NCBI RefSeq assembly: GCF_035084215.1
Contig: NC_090345.1
Location: 2,294,001 to 2,358,000 of the forward strand
Direction: 5' to 3'
From: Heptranchias perlo
Taxonomy: Eukaryota
DNA length: 64,000 bases
Below are positions 22,886 through 34,655 of this stretch, piece after piece. The translations under genes were made by a program, and so were the position numbers. Under the pieces are notes generated by a model. The model was given only the letters and a program-made list of their open reading frames with translations, ran no database searches and had not been told where the DNA came from. Positions within the stretch are counted from its first letter, which is position 1. Each line of letters starts with the position of its first letter.

Positions 22886-24358
22886 GGTGAGGGGGGGGGG
22901 GGGGGCGGTGAGTGAGCGAGCGGTGGGGGGGGGGGGGGGCGGTGAGTGAGCGAGCGGTGGGGGGGGGGGGGGGGGGGGGCGCGGTGAGTGAGCGAGCGGT
23001 GGGGGGGGGGGGGGGCGGTGAGTGAGCGAGCGGTGGGGGGGGGGGGGGGGCGGTGAGTGAGCGAGCGGTGGGGGGGGGGGGGGGGCGGTGAGTGAGCGAG
23101 CGGTGGGGGGGGGGCGGTGAGTGAGCGAGCGGTGGGGGGGGGGGGGGGGGGGGGTGAGTGAGCGAGCGGTGGTGGGGGGGGGGGTGAGTGAGCGAGCGGT
23201 GGGGGGGGGGGGGGGGGGGGCGGTGAGTGAGCGAGCGGTGGGGGGGGGGGGGCGGTGAGTGAGCGAGCGGTTGGGGGGGGGTGAGTGAGTGAGCGGTGGG
23301 GGGGGGGGGGGGGTGAGCGAGCGGTGGGGGGGGGGGGGGCGGTGAGTGAGCGAGCGGTGGGGGGGGGCGGTGAGTGAGCGAGCGGTGGGGGGGGGGGGGG
23401 GGGGGGGGTGAGTGAGCGAGCGGTGGGGGGGGGGGGGGGGGGGGGTGAGTGAGCGAGCGGTGGGGGGGGGGGGGGGGGGGCGCGGTGAGTGAGCGAGCGG
23501 TGGGGGGGGGGGGGGGCGGTGAGTGAGCGAGCGGTGGGGGGGGGGGGGGGGGGCGGTGAGTGAGCGAGCGGTGGGGGGGGGGGGGGCGGTGAGTGAGCGA
23601 GCGGTGGGGGGGGGGCGGTGAGTGAGCGAGCGGTGGGGGGGGGGGGGGCGGTGAGTGAGCGAGCGGTGGGGGGGGGCGGTGAGTGAGCGAGCGGTGGGGG
23701 GGGGGGGGGGGGGGCGGTGAGTGAGCGAGCGGTGGGGGGGGGGGGGGGCGGTGAGTGAGCGAGCGGTTGGGGGGGGGTGAGTGAGTGAGCGGTGGGGGGG
23801 GGGGGGGGGTGAGCGAGCGGTGGGGGGGGGGGGCGGTGAGTGAGCGAGCGGTGGGGGGGGGCGGTGAGTGAGCGAGCGGTGGGGGGGGGGGGGCGCGGTG
23901 AGTGAGCGAGCGGTGGGGGGGGGGGGGGGCGGTGAGTGAGCGAGCGGTTGGGGGGGGGTGAGTGAGTGAGCGGTGGGGGGGGGGGGGGGGGGGGTGAGTG
24001 AGCGAGCGGTGGGGGGGGGGGGGGGGGGGTGAGTGAGCGAGCGGTGGGGGGGGGGGGGGGTGAGTGAGCGAGCGGTGGGGGGGGGGGGGGGGGGGGTGAG
24101 TGAGCGAGCGGTGGGGGGGGGGGGGGGGTGAGTGAGCGAGCGGTGGGGGGGGGGGGTGAGCGAGCGGTGGGGGGGGGGGTGAGTGAGCGAGCGGTGGGGG
24201 GGGGGGGGGGGGGGTGAGTGAGCGAGCGGTGGGGGGGGGGGGGGGTGAGTGAGCGAGCGGTGGGGGGGGGGGGGTGAGCGAGCGGTGGGGGGGGGGGTGA
24301 GTGAGCGAGCGGTGGGGGGGGGGGGGGGGGGGGGGTGAGTGAGCGGTGGGGGGGGGGA
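22886..24358. repeat. G-run minisatellite, (G)n-(c)ggtgagtgagcgagcggt, starting ~5 nt after the TAF5 stop
   Basis: Direct observation; G-run lengths vary and may include homopolymer errors. Confidence 0.95.
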
Positions 24359-24363
24359 GCCCG

Positions 24364-24581
24364 TCACTGCGGATTGTACGCCCCTGCAGCCAGCAGCAGG
24401 TTGCGGCGAGTGAAGTGCAGGCCGATGACGGGGGTGGATTTGGTCTGGTAAGTGCCCAGCAGCAGCTCCTGCGAGTTATCGGGTAAGTTGATGTGCCCTG
24501 TGGCCGTGCTGAAATCGTCCGTCTCCAGGTCCTCAAAGGCCTTGACTGTGTCCCACATTCTCACTGTGTGATCCATGGAAC
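24364..24581 (-). CDS. TAF5: TAF5 last coding exon 10 (GSMDHTVRMWD...TKSTPVIGLHFTRRNLLLAAGAYNPQ*)
   Basis: Conserved TAF5 C-terminus; tttcag acceptor; TGA. Confidence 0.96.
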
Positions 24582-24804
24582 CTGAAACACAACAATTGGG
24601 AGGAGGGTCAGGACTTGTTTCCTGGCTGAAAAGCTCGATTCTCCAACGGACCCTGTGAATCAGCCTCGTCTCCGCCCTCCGCCCTCTGCCCTCCGCTCTC
24701 TGCCCTCTGCCCTCTGCCCTCTCTCCAGTGACAATATCACCCGTGTGGGTCGTCTGTATTCAACTCATGAAAGATGCTGGGACCTGGGCAGGTTGAAACT
24801 AAAA

Positions 24805-25225
24805 GAAAGAACTTGCATTTATATAGCGCCTTTCACAACTGCAGGACATCCCAAAGCACTTTACAGCCAATGAAGTACTTTGAAGTGTAGTCACTGCTGT
24901 AATATAGGAAACATAGCAGCCAATTTGTGCACAGCAAGATCCCACAAACAGCACTGAGACAAATGACCAGAAAATCTCCTTTTAGTAGTGTTGGTTGAGG
25001 GATAAATATTGGCCTCAGGACACCGGGGAGAACTCCCTGCTCCTCTTCAAAACAGTGCCGTGGGATCTTTTACATCCACCTGAAAAGGCAAAGGGAGCCT
25101 CAGTTTAACATCTCATCTGAAAGACAGCACTCCCTCAGTACTGCATTGGGAGTGCTGGCCTGGGTTATGTGCTCGAGTCTCTGGAGTGGGTGAGAGTGAT
25201 ACCACTGAGCCACAGCTGACACCCA
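24805..25225 (-). mobile_element. Deu-domain SINE, unexpanded
   Basis: Collinear with the reverse complement of 11228-11660. Confidence 0.8.
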
Positions 25226-25361
25226 AGTCAGAGTACACGGCCGGCCTATACTGACCCTGACCCCATGCTCGGTGGGTAAATGCACCTCGTGGGGCAGTGC
25301 CGATCCCCACAGACCAAGAAGCTCTCAGGCTCGATTCCCGCTCTGTTTCGGATAATCCCTC

Positions 25362-25482
25362 ACCAATGTGGTTGACTCTTAACTGCCCTCTGAAGAGGCC
25401 CAGCAAGACACCCAGTTGTATGGATGGGCAATAAATGCCGGCCTTGCCAGCGATGCCCACGGAGAGAATGAATTAAAAAAAT
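25362..25482 (+). mobile_element. Short SINE fragment sharing both ends with the LINE at 6538-8498
   Basis: caatgtggttgactcttaactgccctctgaa...gggcaataaatgccggccttgccagcgatgcccac...atgaattaaaaaa. Confidence 0.65.
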
Positions 25483-25531
25483 TCCTTTTCTTTGCTCCAC
25501 ATCCTGATCCCACGAAGACGCATAATCTCAC

Positions 25532-25709
25532 CCGAGGCTAAAATCTCTCCATCTCGGCTGAACTTCAGTGCGTAGACTGTGTCAGTGTGACCTTTCAACT
25601 CGCCCACAAGCAGCCCGTGCCCAATGTCCCAGAGCAGCACCCGCCCGTCTGTAGCACCGGATGCCAGGTACCTGCCGTTTGGAGAAAACACCAGCGAATG
25701 GATCGGCCC
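25532..25709 (-). CDS. TAF5: TAF5 exon 9 (GPIHSLVFSPNGRYLASGATDGRVLLWD...GEILAS), WD40
   Basis: cag/GTGAG boundaries, 178 nt. Confidence 0.96.
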
Positions 25710-25734
25710 CTGGGAGGAATAAATAAAAGGAACA

Positions 25735-26120
25735 TTATGAGACTGGAGAAGCTGGGGTTGTTCTCCTTAGAACAGAGAAGGTTAAGGGGAGATTTGATAG
25801 AGGTATTCAAAATCATGAAGGGTTTTGATAGAGTAAATAAGGAGAAACTGTTTCCAGTGGCAGGAGGGTCGGTAACCAGAGAACACAGATTTAAGGTAAT
25901 TGGCAAAAGAACCAGAGGGGAGATGAGGAGAATTTTATTTTAAGCAGCAGATTCAATAATAACTTTCAAAAAGGGAATTGGATAAATACTTGAAGTGGAT
26001 AAAAATTACAGGGCCATGGGGAAAGAGCAGGTGAGTGGGACTAATTGGATCGCTCTTTCAAAGAGCCGGCACGGGCACGATGGGCTGAATGGCCTCCTTC
26101 TGTGCTGTATCATTCTATGA
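25735..26120 (+). mobile_element. CR1 LINE 3' fragment filling most of TAF5 intron 8
   Basis: RLEKLGLFSLEQRRLRGDLIEVFKIMKGFDRV. Confidence 0.88.
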
Positions 26121-26184
26121 GATGGTTTCAGCGGGGATCTGAGAGAGTAATCGCTGAACTCACCAGCAGCTGTGGCCCTCCTAC

Positions 26185-26362
26185 CTTGTGTCCTGTGAGA
26201 ATTCGAACGCAGTTGCCGTTTAGAACGTCCCATAGCCGGATAGTCCTGTCTGCAGATCCCGTCACCACGTAATTAGAGTTGGGGTGAAACCTTGTGCATG
26301 TGACGTCAGAGAGGTGACCGGAGAATATTCGCAGCGGCTGGTAATGGTCAGTCACCCAAAGG
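26185..26362 (-). CDS. TAF5: TAF5 exon 8 (LWVTDHYQPLRIFSGHLSDV...RILTGHK), WD40
   Basis: cag/GTAGGA boundaries, 178 nt. Confidence 0.96.
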
Positions 26363-26986
26363 CTGAGGGGTGAAACATCCCAAACTGTTACTGAAATACG
26401 ACTGCATCTTACTAACGAGCCTGCAACGATGCCAATTCATCCACTACATTTGGTGTCGCTCCCACTGTATTCCTGGTCCCAGGGGCACATCGTACTGCTG
26501 AATTACAGTTCACTTGTGCCAAGTTCAGGACTGATTGCCAGAAGTGAATGTCGAGTCTTTAGACAGGCTCGGGGGGAAAGTTGGGGTGTGGTTGCAGGCC
26601 CTGTGAAGAAAGCACAAGCAACTGAACTGATTTTTGCGGGAGGAAAGACCGAGGGAAGACATGGTCCAGGTCTGTAAATATTGGAAGGTGTCGAGGAGGG
26701 ATGATGGAAGTAAAGAAGCTATTTAACCGAGACAATGAGCCCAGGACTGGAGGGCACTAGCACAAAATTCAGGAATCTGGAGCAAGGTCAGAGATTAGAA
26801 AAACTCCACGACCGCTCACAGGGTGATCGAGAGGGAACAGATTCCCAGAGAAAGGATTTGATTCAGGGTCACTTTGTACCTTTAACAGGAGCTGGATCGA
26901 CATCTGCTGGGATGGGGATTGGGGGTTAGAGAGATATTAACAGATTGGTGGTATTTCAGGGGAGGTACGGCAGGAACAGGCTGGGG

Positions 26987-27759
26987 AGACACGGACCCTG
27001 GGGGAGGGTCCCTGATGGAACAATCAGACACGGACCCTGGGGGAGGGTCCCTGATGGAACAATCAGACACGGACCCTGGGGGAGGGTCCCTGATGGAACA
27101 ATCAGACACGGACCCTGGGGGAGGGTCCCTGATGGAACAATCAGACACGGACCCTGGGGGAGGGTCCCTGATGGAACAATCAGACATGGACCCTGGGGGA
27201 GGGTCCCTGATGGAACAATCAGACACGGACCCTGGGGGAGGGTCCCTGATGGAACAATCAGACACGGACCCTGGGGGAGGGTCCCTGATGGAACAATCAG
27301 ACACGGACCCTGGGGGAGGGTCCCTGATGGAACAATCAGACACGGACCCTGGGGGAGGGTCCCTGATGGAACAATCAGACACGGACCCTGGGGGAGGGTC
27401 CCTGATGGAACAATCAGACACGGACCCTGGGGGAGGGTCCCTGATGGAACAATCAGACACGGACCCTGGGGGAGGGTCCCTGATGGAACAATCAGACACG
27501 GACCCTGGGGGAGGGTCCCTGATGGAACAATCAGACACGGACCCTGGGGGAGGGTCCCTGATGGAACAATCAGACACGGACCCTGGGGGAGGGTCCCTGA
27601 TGGAACAATCAGACACGGACCCTGGGGGAGGGTCCCTGATGGAACAATCAGACATGGACCCTGGGGGAGGGTCCCTGATGGAACAATCAGACACGGACCC
27701 TGGGGGAGGGTCCCTGATGGAACAATCAGACATGGACCCTGGGGCAGGGTCCCTGATGG
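26987..27759. repeat. 39-bp minisatellite (gacacggaccctgggggagggtccctgatggaacaatca), ~20 near-identical copies
   Basis: 13-aa periodic ORFs in four frames. Confidence 0.97.
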
Positions 27760-28010
27760 GTTGAATGGCTTTGTCTCACTCTGGACTTTGATCTTATGCC
27801 ACATGGTAGAGGGCAGTGATCACTCACAATTCTAGGAAAGCCCCCATTACTTGCCCAGTCCAAAACCCCACCACCCAGTTTCCAACATATTAACCACTTT
27901 ATATCAAATATACATCAACTGGACCAATGGAATATTATACAAAAAGCTCAAGGTGGCTTTGAACTGCCTTGCCGTGACCCCGCCCACTCGCCATGACCCC
28001 GCCCACTCAC

Positions 28011-28175
28011 CGTGCCACTCGGTCGTGCCCCCCCGACACGAAGTAGTAACCGTACGGAGAGAACTGCGTATCCCACACCGGGTAGTTGTGCCCTTTGTAG
28101 CCCACGAGACAGGTGAAGGTTTGCAGACTCCACAGTCTCACAGTCCCGTCCTCCGAGCTGGACAGCAGGTAATTC
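28011..28175 (-). CDS. TAF5: TAF5 exon 7 (NYLLSSSEDGTVRLWSLQTFTCLVGYKGHNYPVWDTQFSPYGYYFVSGGHDRVAR)
   Basis: cag/GTGAGT boundaries, 165 nt. Confidence 0.96.
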
Positions 28176-28844
28176 CTGAGGAGGAGGAGAGTGGAGAAAC
28201 ATCAAACACAACCAGATGTCCCACTCTGCAGCGTACGGTCTGTCTCAGTCACAACCCTCCTTGTCCGTCTTTCTATTCTGTTGCTGCTAACACAATACTC
28301 ATCATTCCTCCGCATGGTTCAAATCACGTCTGATTGCAGTCTCCTTCTCCCACGCTCTCCCAGCACCTTAAAACTGTGGGACTCCTCAGCTCCCCATATC
28401 TACCCTTCCTCTGACTATATACAGGCTTTTGTAATCACATCTTCCTGATTTATCTCATCTTCTCTCCCACTCTTTACATCTTCGGTGATGTCCTGCGCTT
28501 CGAGCCTGCCCTCTCACCGAAATAACCAGACAGACCGACAGAGTGCTGACTGGAGGAGAGGGACGACTCTCGCCGTTACGTGCCCGCGTGTGAGATACGG
28601 GAACTCCACGAGGGCGCAGACACACCTTCACCGCCATGTAAACACGGGTTGTAAAGAACAACTGGGTGCGTGGGAGCTCTGGAGCACGTTAGACCAGTTC
28701 GTGAGGAGAGACACTGCTGTGCCCAGCCAGCCCAGAGTAAGAACTGAACTAGATCAGAGAGTGGCAGCTTCTGCCCCAGTGAATTCACCGCACTTGGGGG
28801 GTGGGGGGGGGGGGGAGAACGGGACAGTGAATTCATCGCTCTGG

Positions 28845-29550
28845 GGGTGGGGGGGCAGTGAATTCATCGCTCTGGGGGTGGGGGGGCAGTGAATTCATCG
28901 CTCTGGGGGTGGGGGGGCAGTGAATTCATCGCTCTGGGAGTGGGGGGGGGGGCAGTGAATTCATCGCTCTGGGGGTGGGGGGGGCAGTGAATTCATCGCT
29001 CTGGGGGTGGGGGGGGCAGTGAATTCATCGCTCTGGGGGTGGGGGGGCAGTGAATTCATCGCTCTGGGAGTGGGGGGGGGGGCAGTGAATTCATCGCTCT
29101 GGGAGTGGGGGGGGGGCAGTGAATTCATCGCTCTGGGGGTGGGGGGGGCAGTGAATTCATCACTCTGGGGGTGGGGGGGGGCAGTGAATTCATCGCTCTG
29201 GGGGTGGGGGGGGCAGTGAATTCATCGCTCTGGGGGTGGGGGGGGCAGTGAATTCATCGCTCTGGGGGTGGGGGGGGCAGTGAATTCATCGCTCTGGGGG
29301 TGGGGGGGGCAGTGAATTCATCGCTCTGGGGGTGGGGGGGGGCAGTGAATTCATCGCTCTGGGGGTGGGGGGGGCAGTGAATTCATCGCTCTGGGGGTGG
29401 GGGGGGGCAGTGAATTCATCGCTCTGGGGGTGGGGGGGGCAGTGAATTCATCGCTCTGGGGGTGGGGGGGGCAGTGAATTCATCGCTCTGGGGGTGGGGG
29501 GGCAGTGAATTTGCCGCTGTGTGTGGGGGGTGGGGGGGGCAGTGAATTCG
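28845..29550. repeat. ~30-bp G-rich minisatellite (cagtgaattcatcgctctgggggtgggggggg)
   Basis: Direct periodicity; palindromic TGAATTCA core. Confidence 0.95.
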
Positions 29551-29579
29551 CCACTCTGGTGAATACTTCCCTGAACGGT

Positions 29580-29850
29580 GGGTGTAAAAGATCCCTTGAC
29601 ACTATTTCGAAGAGCAGGGGAGTTCTCCCCGGTGTCCGGGGCCAATATTTATCCCTCAATCATCATTAAAGCAGATTATCTGGTCATTTATCACATTGCT
29701 GTTTGTGGGATCTTGCTGTGCGCAAATTGGCTGCTGCGTTTCCTACATTACAACAGTGACCACACTTCAAAAGTACTTCACTGGCTGTGAAACGCTTTGG
29801 GATGTCGTGAGGTGGTGAAAGGCGCTGTATAAATGCAAGTCTTTCTTTCT
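29580..29850 (+). mobile_element. Deu-SINE 3' half
   Basis: Matches 11430-11650. Confidence 0.8.
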
Positions 29851-29932
29851 CACCAGTGACAGGCCCTCAGTCTGCTCGTTCACGCTGTTATAAAAGAACA
29901 CGTTAACTGATTTGTGGGGAGCTGCTCCTTAC

Positions 29933-30062
29933 TTGTCGGGACTGAAGCTGGTCCCGTAGACAGGGCCGCCATGTCCCAGTAACATTTTAAACTCGCACGC
30001 AGTCTTCTCGTCCATTATCCTCTCCAGCACATCTTCCGACTCCTTGTCGATTAAACTGAGAT
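29933..30062 (-). CDS. TAF5: TAF5 exon 6 (DLSLIDKESEDVLERIMDEKTACEFKMLLGHGGPVYGTSFSPD)
   Basis: cag/GTAAG boundaries, 130 nt. Confidence 0.95.
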
Positions 30063-30950
30063 CTGGAGGACAGATAAAACATTCAGAGTGACTGCTGCCT
30101 CTAGTCCTGCTGCGACTGAGAGCCGACCCATCTCCGGGGCCTCAGTCGCTCCCTGATGACACCAGAAACTTTATATATGAAGATAATCACAGTATGTCCC
30201 GAGAGACCAAAATATCCTTTGACTGTCCTGGACCACAGCTGAAACTACAACACGTGTAGGGGTGATGCACAGGGCTGCACGGCGCTATCGATGGAGCCCA
30301 GGAGTTACGGCGATCGCAAGAGAACCTGCACGCAGAGTCTGTGTGAAGCCTCCAGGTTAGCTACAGCCACTCACTCATGTTATATCAAGATTCACAATCC
30401 CAAGTATGGAGGGGACTCCCTGGCACGTTGCAGTGTGATGGGACACGGGTCTGTACCCGATATCCCAGGCAGTGAGCTCCTGATTTCAGGCATGACACTA
30501 AAGCCTGTGGCAATTCACCACAGGGGGGGGGGGGGGATAAAAGACTACAGGCCCAATAACAGGGCCCTTTCACTCACCGTGAGGGAGCTGGGATCCCCCA
30601 CTCCCAATAACATTCTCTCACCTTCTTTTGCTGGTCAGGGAGCAGCACAGAAATCCTGGCTCAGTTAACCATCACAACCATCTACAGCGGAGGCCCTGAG
30701 GCAGGTGGAGCAAGCCTGCTAAAGGGCCGTGAAGGGCAAGAGAGCTGTAAACAATCTCCAGGCCTTGGGCCAAGAGCAGCCCCGGGCTATTCTGCGAGGA
30801 GCCACGGAGGGTGAAACTGCTTTAACAAAGTGGCTGATCCCCAGCTCCCCGACACACCTGCCCCACTGCACTGGGACATTTCCGTCTCCCACTCCAATCC
30901 CCCGGGGGAGGCTGCAGAGGGCTGACGACCCCGGAGCGGAGTGACTTTAC

Positions 30951-31071
30951 CTGTAGCCCCTTTGACACTCCGCAGCCTCTTCGGTGTGACACTCCACACC
31001 CTCACTGTGGAGTCAGCGAATCCTCCCGCTATCAGACTAGAATCATCCGTGAAATCAACCGCCGTGAGACC
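30951..31071 (-). CDS. TAF5: TAF5 exon 5 (GLTAVDFTDDSSLIAGGFADSTVRVWSVTPKRLRSVKGAT)
   Basis: cag/GTAAAG boundaries, 121 nt. Confidence 0.95.
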
Positions 31072-31139
31072 CTGGACCGGTACAGAAAGGGGGAACGCAG
31101 ATTACAAACTAGACAGAACAAGACAGCCATTTCTGAGGA

Positions 31140-32280
31140 ATTAGTCATTAAATCATTAATGGTGCACACAGTACTCCAGTTGCAGCTGAATCAAGGTCTT
31201 CTACAAATTCAACAGCACTTCCTTGCTTTTACATTCTATGTACAGATTCAATCCCATTTAACTGCTTTATGCCTTTACTACCTGCACTCTCCCCTTTAAC
31301 GATCCGTGTACCTGCACCCCCAGATCTTTCTGTTCCTCCATTACATTAGGAATCTCATCATTTAACGGATATTTCCTTTCGCTGTTCATTTTCCCCAAAA
31401 TATATTGCTTCTCATTTCTCTGCACCTGCCACCTGTCTGCCCAATCTGCTAACCTTAATGTCCTCCTCCGTTTAATTTGATAAAAACACTCCCTAATCCC
31501 TAAAAGTGAAGCCAGAACTGCAGAATATTCATCCATCCTTCTGCTCTCCTCTAGGCCAGAGCTGTCCAATAGAAATCACTGACCAGCCACAGTGGTGGGG
31601 GTCTGGAACTCACTGCCTGAGAGGGTGGTAGAGGCAGAAACCCTCAACTCATTTAAAAAGTACCTGGATGTGCACCTGAAGTGCTGTAACCTACAGGGCT
31701 ACAGACCAAGTGCTGGAAAGTGGGATCAAGCTGGATAGCTCCTTTTCGGCCGGCAGTGACACCATTGTAGCCACAAGCACTAATTTTAATAGAAAACACC
31801 TTACACACAATACAGGTAAATGGACTCCACATGTGTATATTTACTTTACCATTCAGTAACCCAGGAAGTGAAGTGCTCACAATGATCAAACACTCCCACA
31901 CTCGGCTTTGCATTGTAACATTTTACCAACAAATGCACAAAAAGGTTAAAGTTCACATGCACACACCGTGCGAATGAGTATTGAGATCACATGCCCAACG
32001 AGAGTCTATTACTCATTTTTTATTTACTAAATCAGAAATACAATTAGCCACATCTGGATTCCCAATTAGCCACATGTCAGGCTGTGGAGGCCAAGTCACT
32101 GAATATATTGAAGAAGGAGATTGATAGATTTCTAGACACAAAAGTCATCAAGGGGTATGGGGAGAGAGCGGGAATATGGTATTGAGATAGAGGATCAGCC
32201 ATGATCATATTGAATGGCGGAGCAGGCTCGAAGGGCCGAATGGCCTACTCCTGCTCCTATTTTCTGTGTTTCTATGTGGC
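31140..32280. mobile_element. Cluster of degenerate CR1 fragments (~31140-31480 minus; ~31590-31760 and ~32075-32275 plus)
   Basis: KDLGVQVH motif; tggaactcactgcctgagagggtggtagaggcag; ggccgaatggcctactcctgctcct. Confidence 0.7.
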
Positions 32281-32590
32281 TAGTAGCTAACGTTTTGGAC
32301 GACACTGACCCAGAAGTCCTTTCACCAACCCCCCAGCTCTCTCCCTGGAACCATCCTTCTCTGTGCAATATTCTGCACCTGTGCCTCGAACCAACAATCT
32401 CATTTCCACCTGGATTTCTCCAAAGGTTGGAAAGTTCCTCGGCACAGCGAGGCACCGAGTGGGAAGACACAGGACTTCATCCACAACTCCCTGATTGCAG
32501 GCGGGTAACCGGGGGGAGGGCGAGCAGTTCCTGGCAGGGACAGGATTAATACTATAAGCTGCAGCATGTCGCTGGGCAGGCCTCACTAAC

Positions 32591-32726
32591 CTGGTAGGCA
32601 TTGAGGAAGGTGTAAAAGCAGATGGAGGGCAGGCAGTCTGGGCCAAGCTTCACCCTCTTTGTGGCTTCCTTCATTATCATGATCTTGTCCAGTTTGTCGG
32701 AATCTTTCAACTCAGGAAGCGGAATT
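32591..32726 (-). CDS. TAF5: TAF5 exon 4 (IPLPELKDSDKLDKIMIMKEATKRVKLGPDCLPSICFYTFLNAYQ)
   Basis: cag/GTTAGT boundaries, 136 nt. Confidence 0.96.
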
Positions 32727-33037
32727 CTGAGTTTGGGGGGGGGGGTGGTGGGGTGGGGAGGGGAGAAAATAGATTAAAGAACATAAGAAATAGGAGCAGG
32801 AGTAGGCCAATCGGCCCCTTGAGCCTACTCCGCCATTCAATAAGATCAATAAAGAACAATTCTCAACAATATTCTGAATCTGGCAGTGTCCAGTGGGCAT
32901 GGATTCACAGCACAAAACTGTTCATAATCAGGCAATCTCACTCAGACGGGATACAGGTTGACTGGTGGGGGAAATGGAAAATGTCACTGGAGGATCGGGT
33001 GCTCTTCTAAGTTTGGGGCAGAGGCACATTGTTCATT

Positions 33038-33560
33038 CAGTGTAGAGGGAGCTTTACTCTGTATCTAACCCTGTACCTGCCCTGGGAGTGTTTGATGGGA
33101 CAGTGTAGAGGGAGCTTTACTCTGTATCTAACCCATGCTGTACCTGCCCTCGGAGTGTTTGATGGGTCAGTGTAGAGGGAGCTTTACTCTGTATCTAACC
33201 CGTGCTGTACCTGCCCTGGGAGTGTTTGATGGGACAGTGTAGAGGGAGCTTTACTCTGTGTCTAACCCTGTACCTGCCCTGGGAGTGTTTGATGGGACAG
33301 TGTAGAGGGAGCTTTACTCTGTATCTAACCCGTGCTGTATCTGCCCTGGGAGTGTTTGATGGGACAGTGTAGAGGGAGCTTTACTCTGTATCTAACCCGT
33401 GCTGTACCTGCCCTGGGAGTGTTTGATGGGACAGTGTAGAGGGAGCTTTACTCTGTATCTAACCCGTGCTGTACCTGCCCTGGGAGTGTTTGATGGGACA
33501 GTGTAGAGGGAGCTTTACTCTGTATCTAACCCATGCTGTACCTGCCCTGGGAGTGTTTGT
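33038..33560. repeat. 67-bp repeat family array, ~8 copies
   Basis: Same unit as 19585-19908. Confidence 0.93.
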
Positions 33561-34150
33561 TGTAGCAAAAGTATGTTCACAACCTGGTATGTACTCTTTC
33601 CATCAAACATTAGAAACTTGTATTACAAAATTCACTTTTTTTGATTGAATAAAGGAAAGTTTTCCATAATAAATCTGGAACTGAGAAGTAAAATTCAGTG
33701 TTCTACAGTGTGACGGGCAGACTCCACCGTTACACCCTGGTTAGTGAGTGCTGCTAATGGCTAATAATGAAAGGAAAGGATATGATTAAATCAGAGCTGA
33801 AATACAGAGCACTGCTGCCAATTCCTGCACCATCAACACATGTGCTGATCACTGCAGCAAAACGTCCAGAGATCCCAGCAGTGTAGCTTCATGCCCCACT
33901 TGTGCCGGTGAGGGTGAAATATCACATCTCACTTCTCCTGCCTGTAGAATTGTTTCTCAAACAGTGCCAATACCTTAAACACGACTCCTTTTTTTTTAAT
34001 GAAGTTTAAATGCAAACTTAACCATCATTTGCTGAACCAGTTTTGGAGAGTGCTCCCCGCTATCGTCAGGGTCACATCCTTAACGCTACTGCCCTGGTTC
34101 TGCTCGCCTCAAGATGCACACAGCTGACACTGGCTGATCGATTTTAAAAC

Positions 34151-34328
34151 ACACTGGGGGTAATTTTAACTCTGGGTGAGTGTGTAACGGGCGATATCGA
34201 ATCAGCTGTCTGTTGTACACTTCTCCTGAATTTCATAATGGAAATTAAAATGGGGAGAGCTGTCACGGGCGGCTGATCCACTATCGCCCGTTTTACACCA
34301 TCGTTCAAAGTTAAAATTACCCCAGTGT
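34151..34328. mobile_element. ~180-bp foldback MITE-like element
   Basis: Terminal inverted repeats acactgggg(g)taattttaact / agttaaaattaccccagtgt; internal acgggcgata / tatcgcccgt symmetry. Confidence 0.75.
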
Positions 34329-34491
34329 CTCGTAAAAAAATATTTTAAAAATTGCCACTCTACTGGCAACAATTAATCATTGAGGACAGAGCTCAGCTGC
34401 TAAGTGTAGACATTATCCAACAGCTTGACAGCGCTCACTGAGACTGAGGAGGTGGAAGGATGCAGCTTGTGTACAGTGCTGCCCCACTCAC

Positions 34492-34655
34492 CTGTTCTGC
34501 GGAGGGGCGTTGGGGTCCTGCTTCTTGCTCTTTGCACTCAGGCTGTCCTTCTTTGGCTTTTTCTTCTTTGGCTTCCCTTCCTCGTTCTCTCCTTCCTCAT
34601 CCTCATCGTCGAGGGGCAGCTCAATCTCCGGCTCCTTCAACAGCCCAAAGAAAAC
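34492..34655 (-). CDS. TAF5: TAF5 exon 3 (VFFGLLKEPEIELPLDDEDEEGENEEGKPKKKKPKKD...DPNAPPQNR)
   Basis: cag/GTGAGT boundaries, 164 nt. Confidence 0.96.

Noticed and set aside
22886-24358. GAGTGAGCGAGC resembles the AAV Rep-binding element
   Set aside because: No ITR hairpin, terminal resolution site or rep/cap sequence; short GAGY runs arise easily by chance.
22739-24536. Proline-rich extensin/formin-like ORFs of 542 and 593 aa
   Set aside because: Out-of-frame read-through of the poly-C array; TAF5 ends at its conserved C-terminus.
26987-27759. CRISPR-like array (palindromic 30-40-bp repeats) or hammerhead array (ctgatgga)
   Set aside because: No unique spacers, no cas genes, eukaryotic context; no CUGANGA plus GAAA core.
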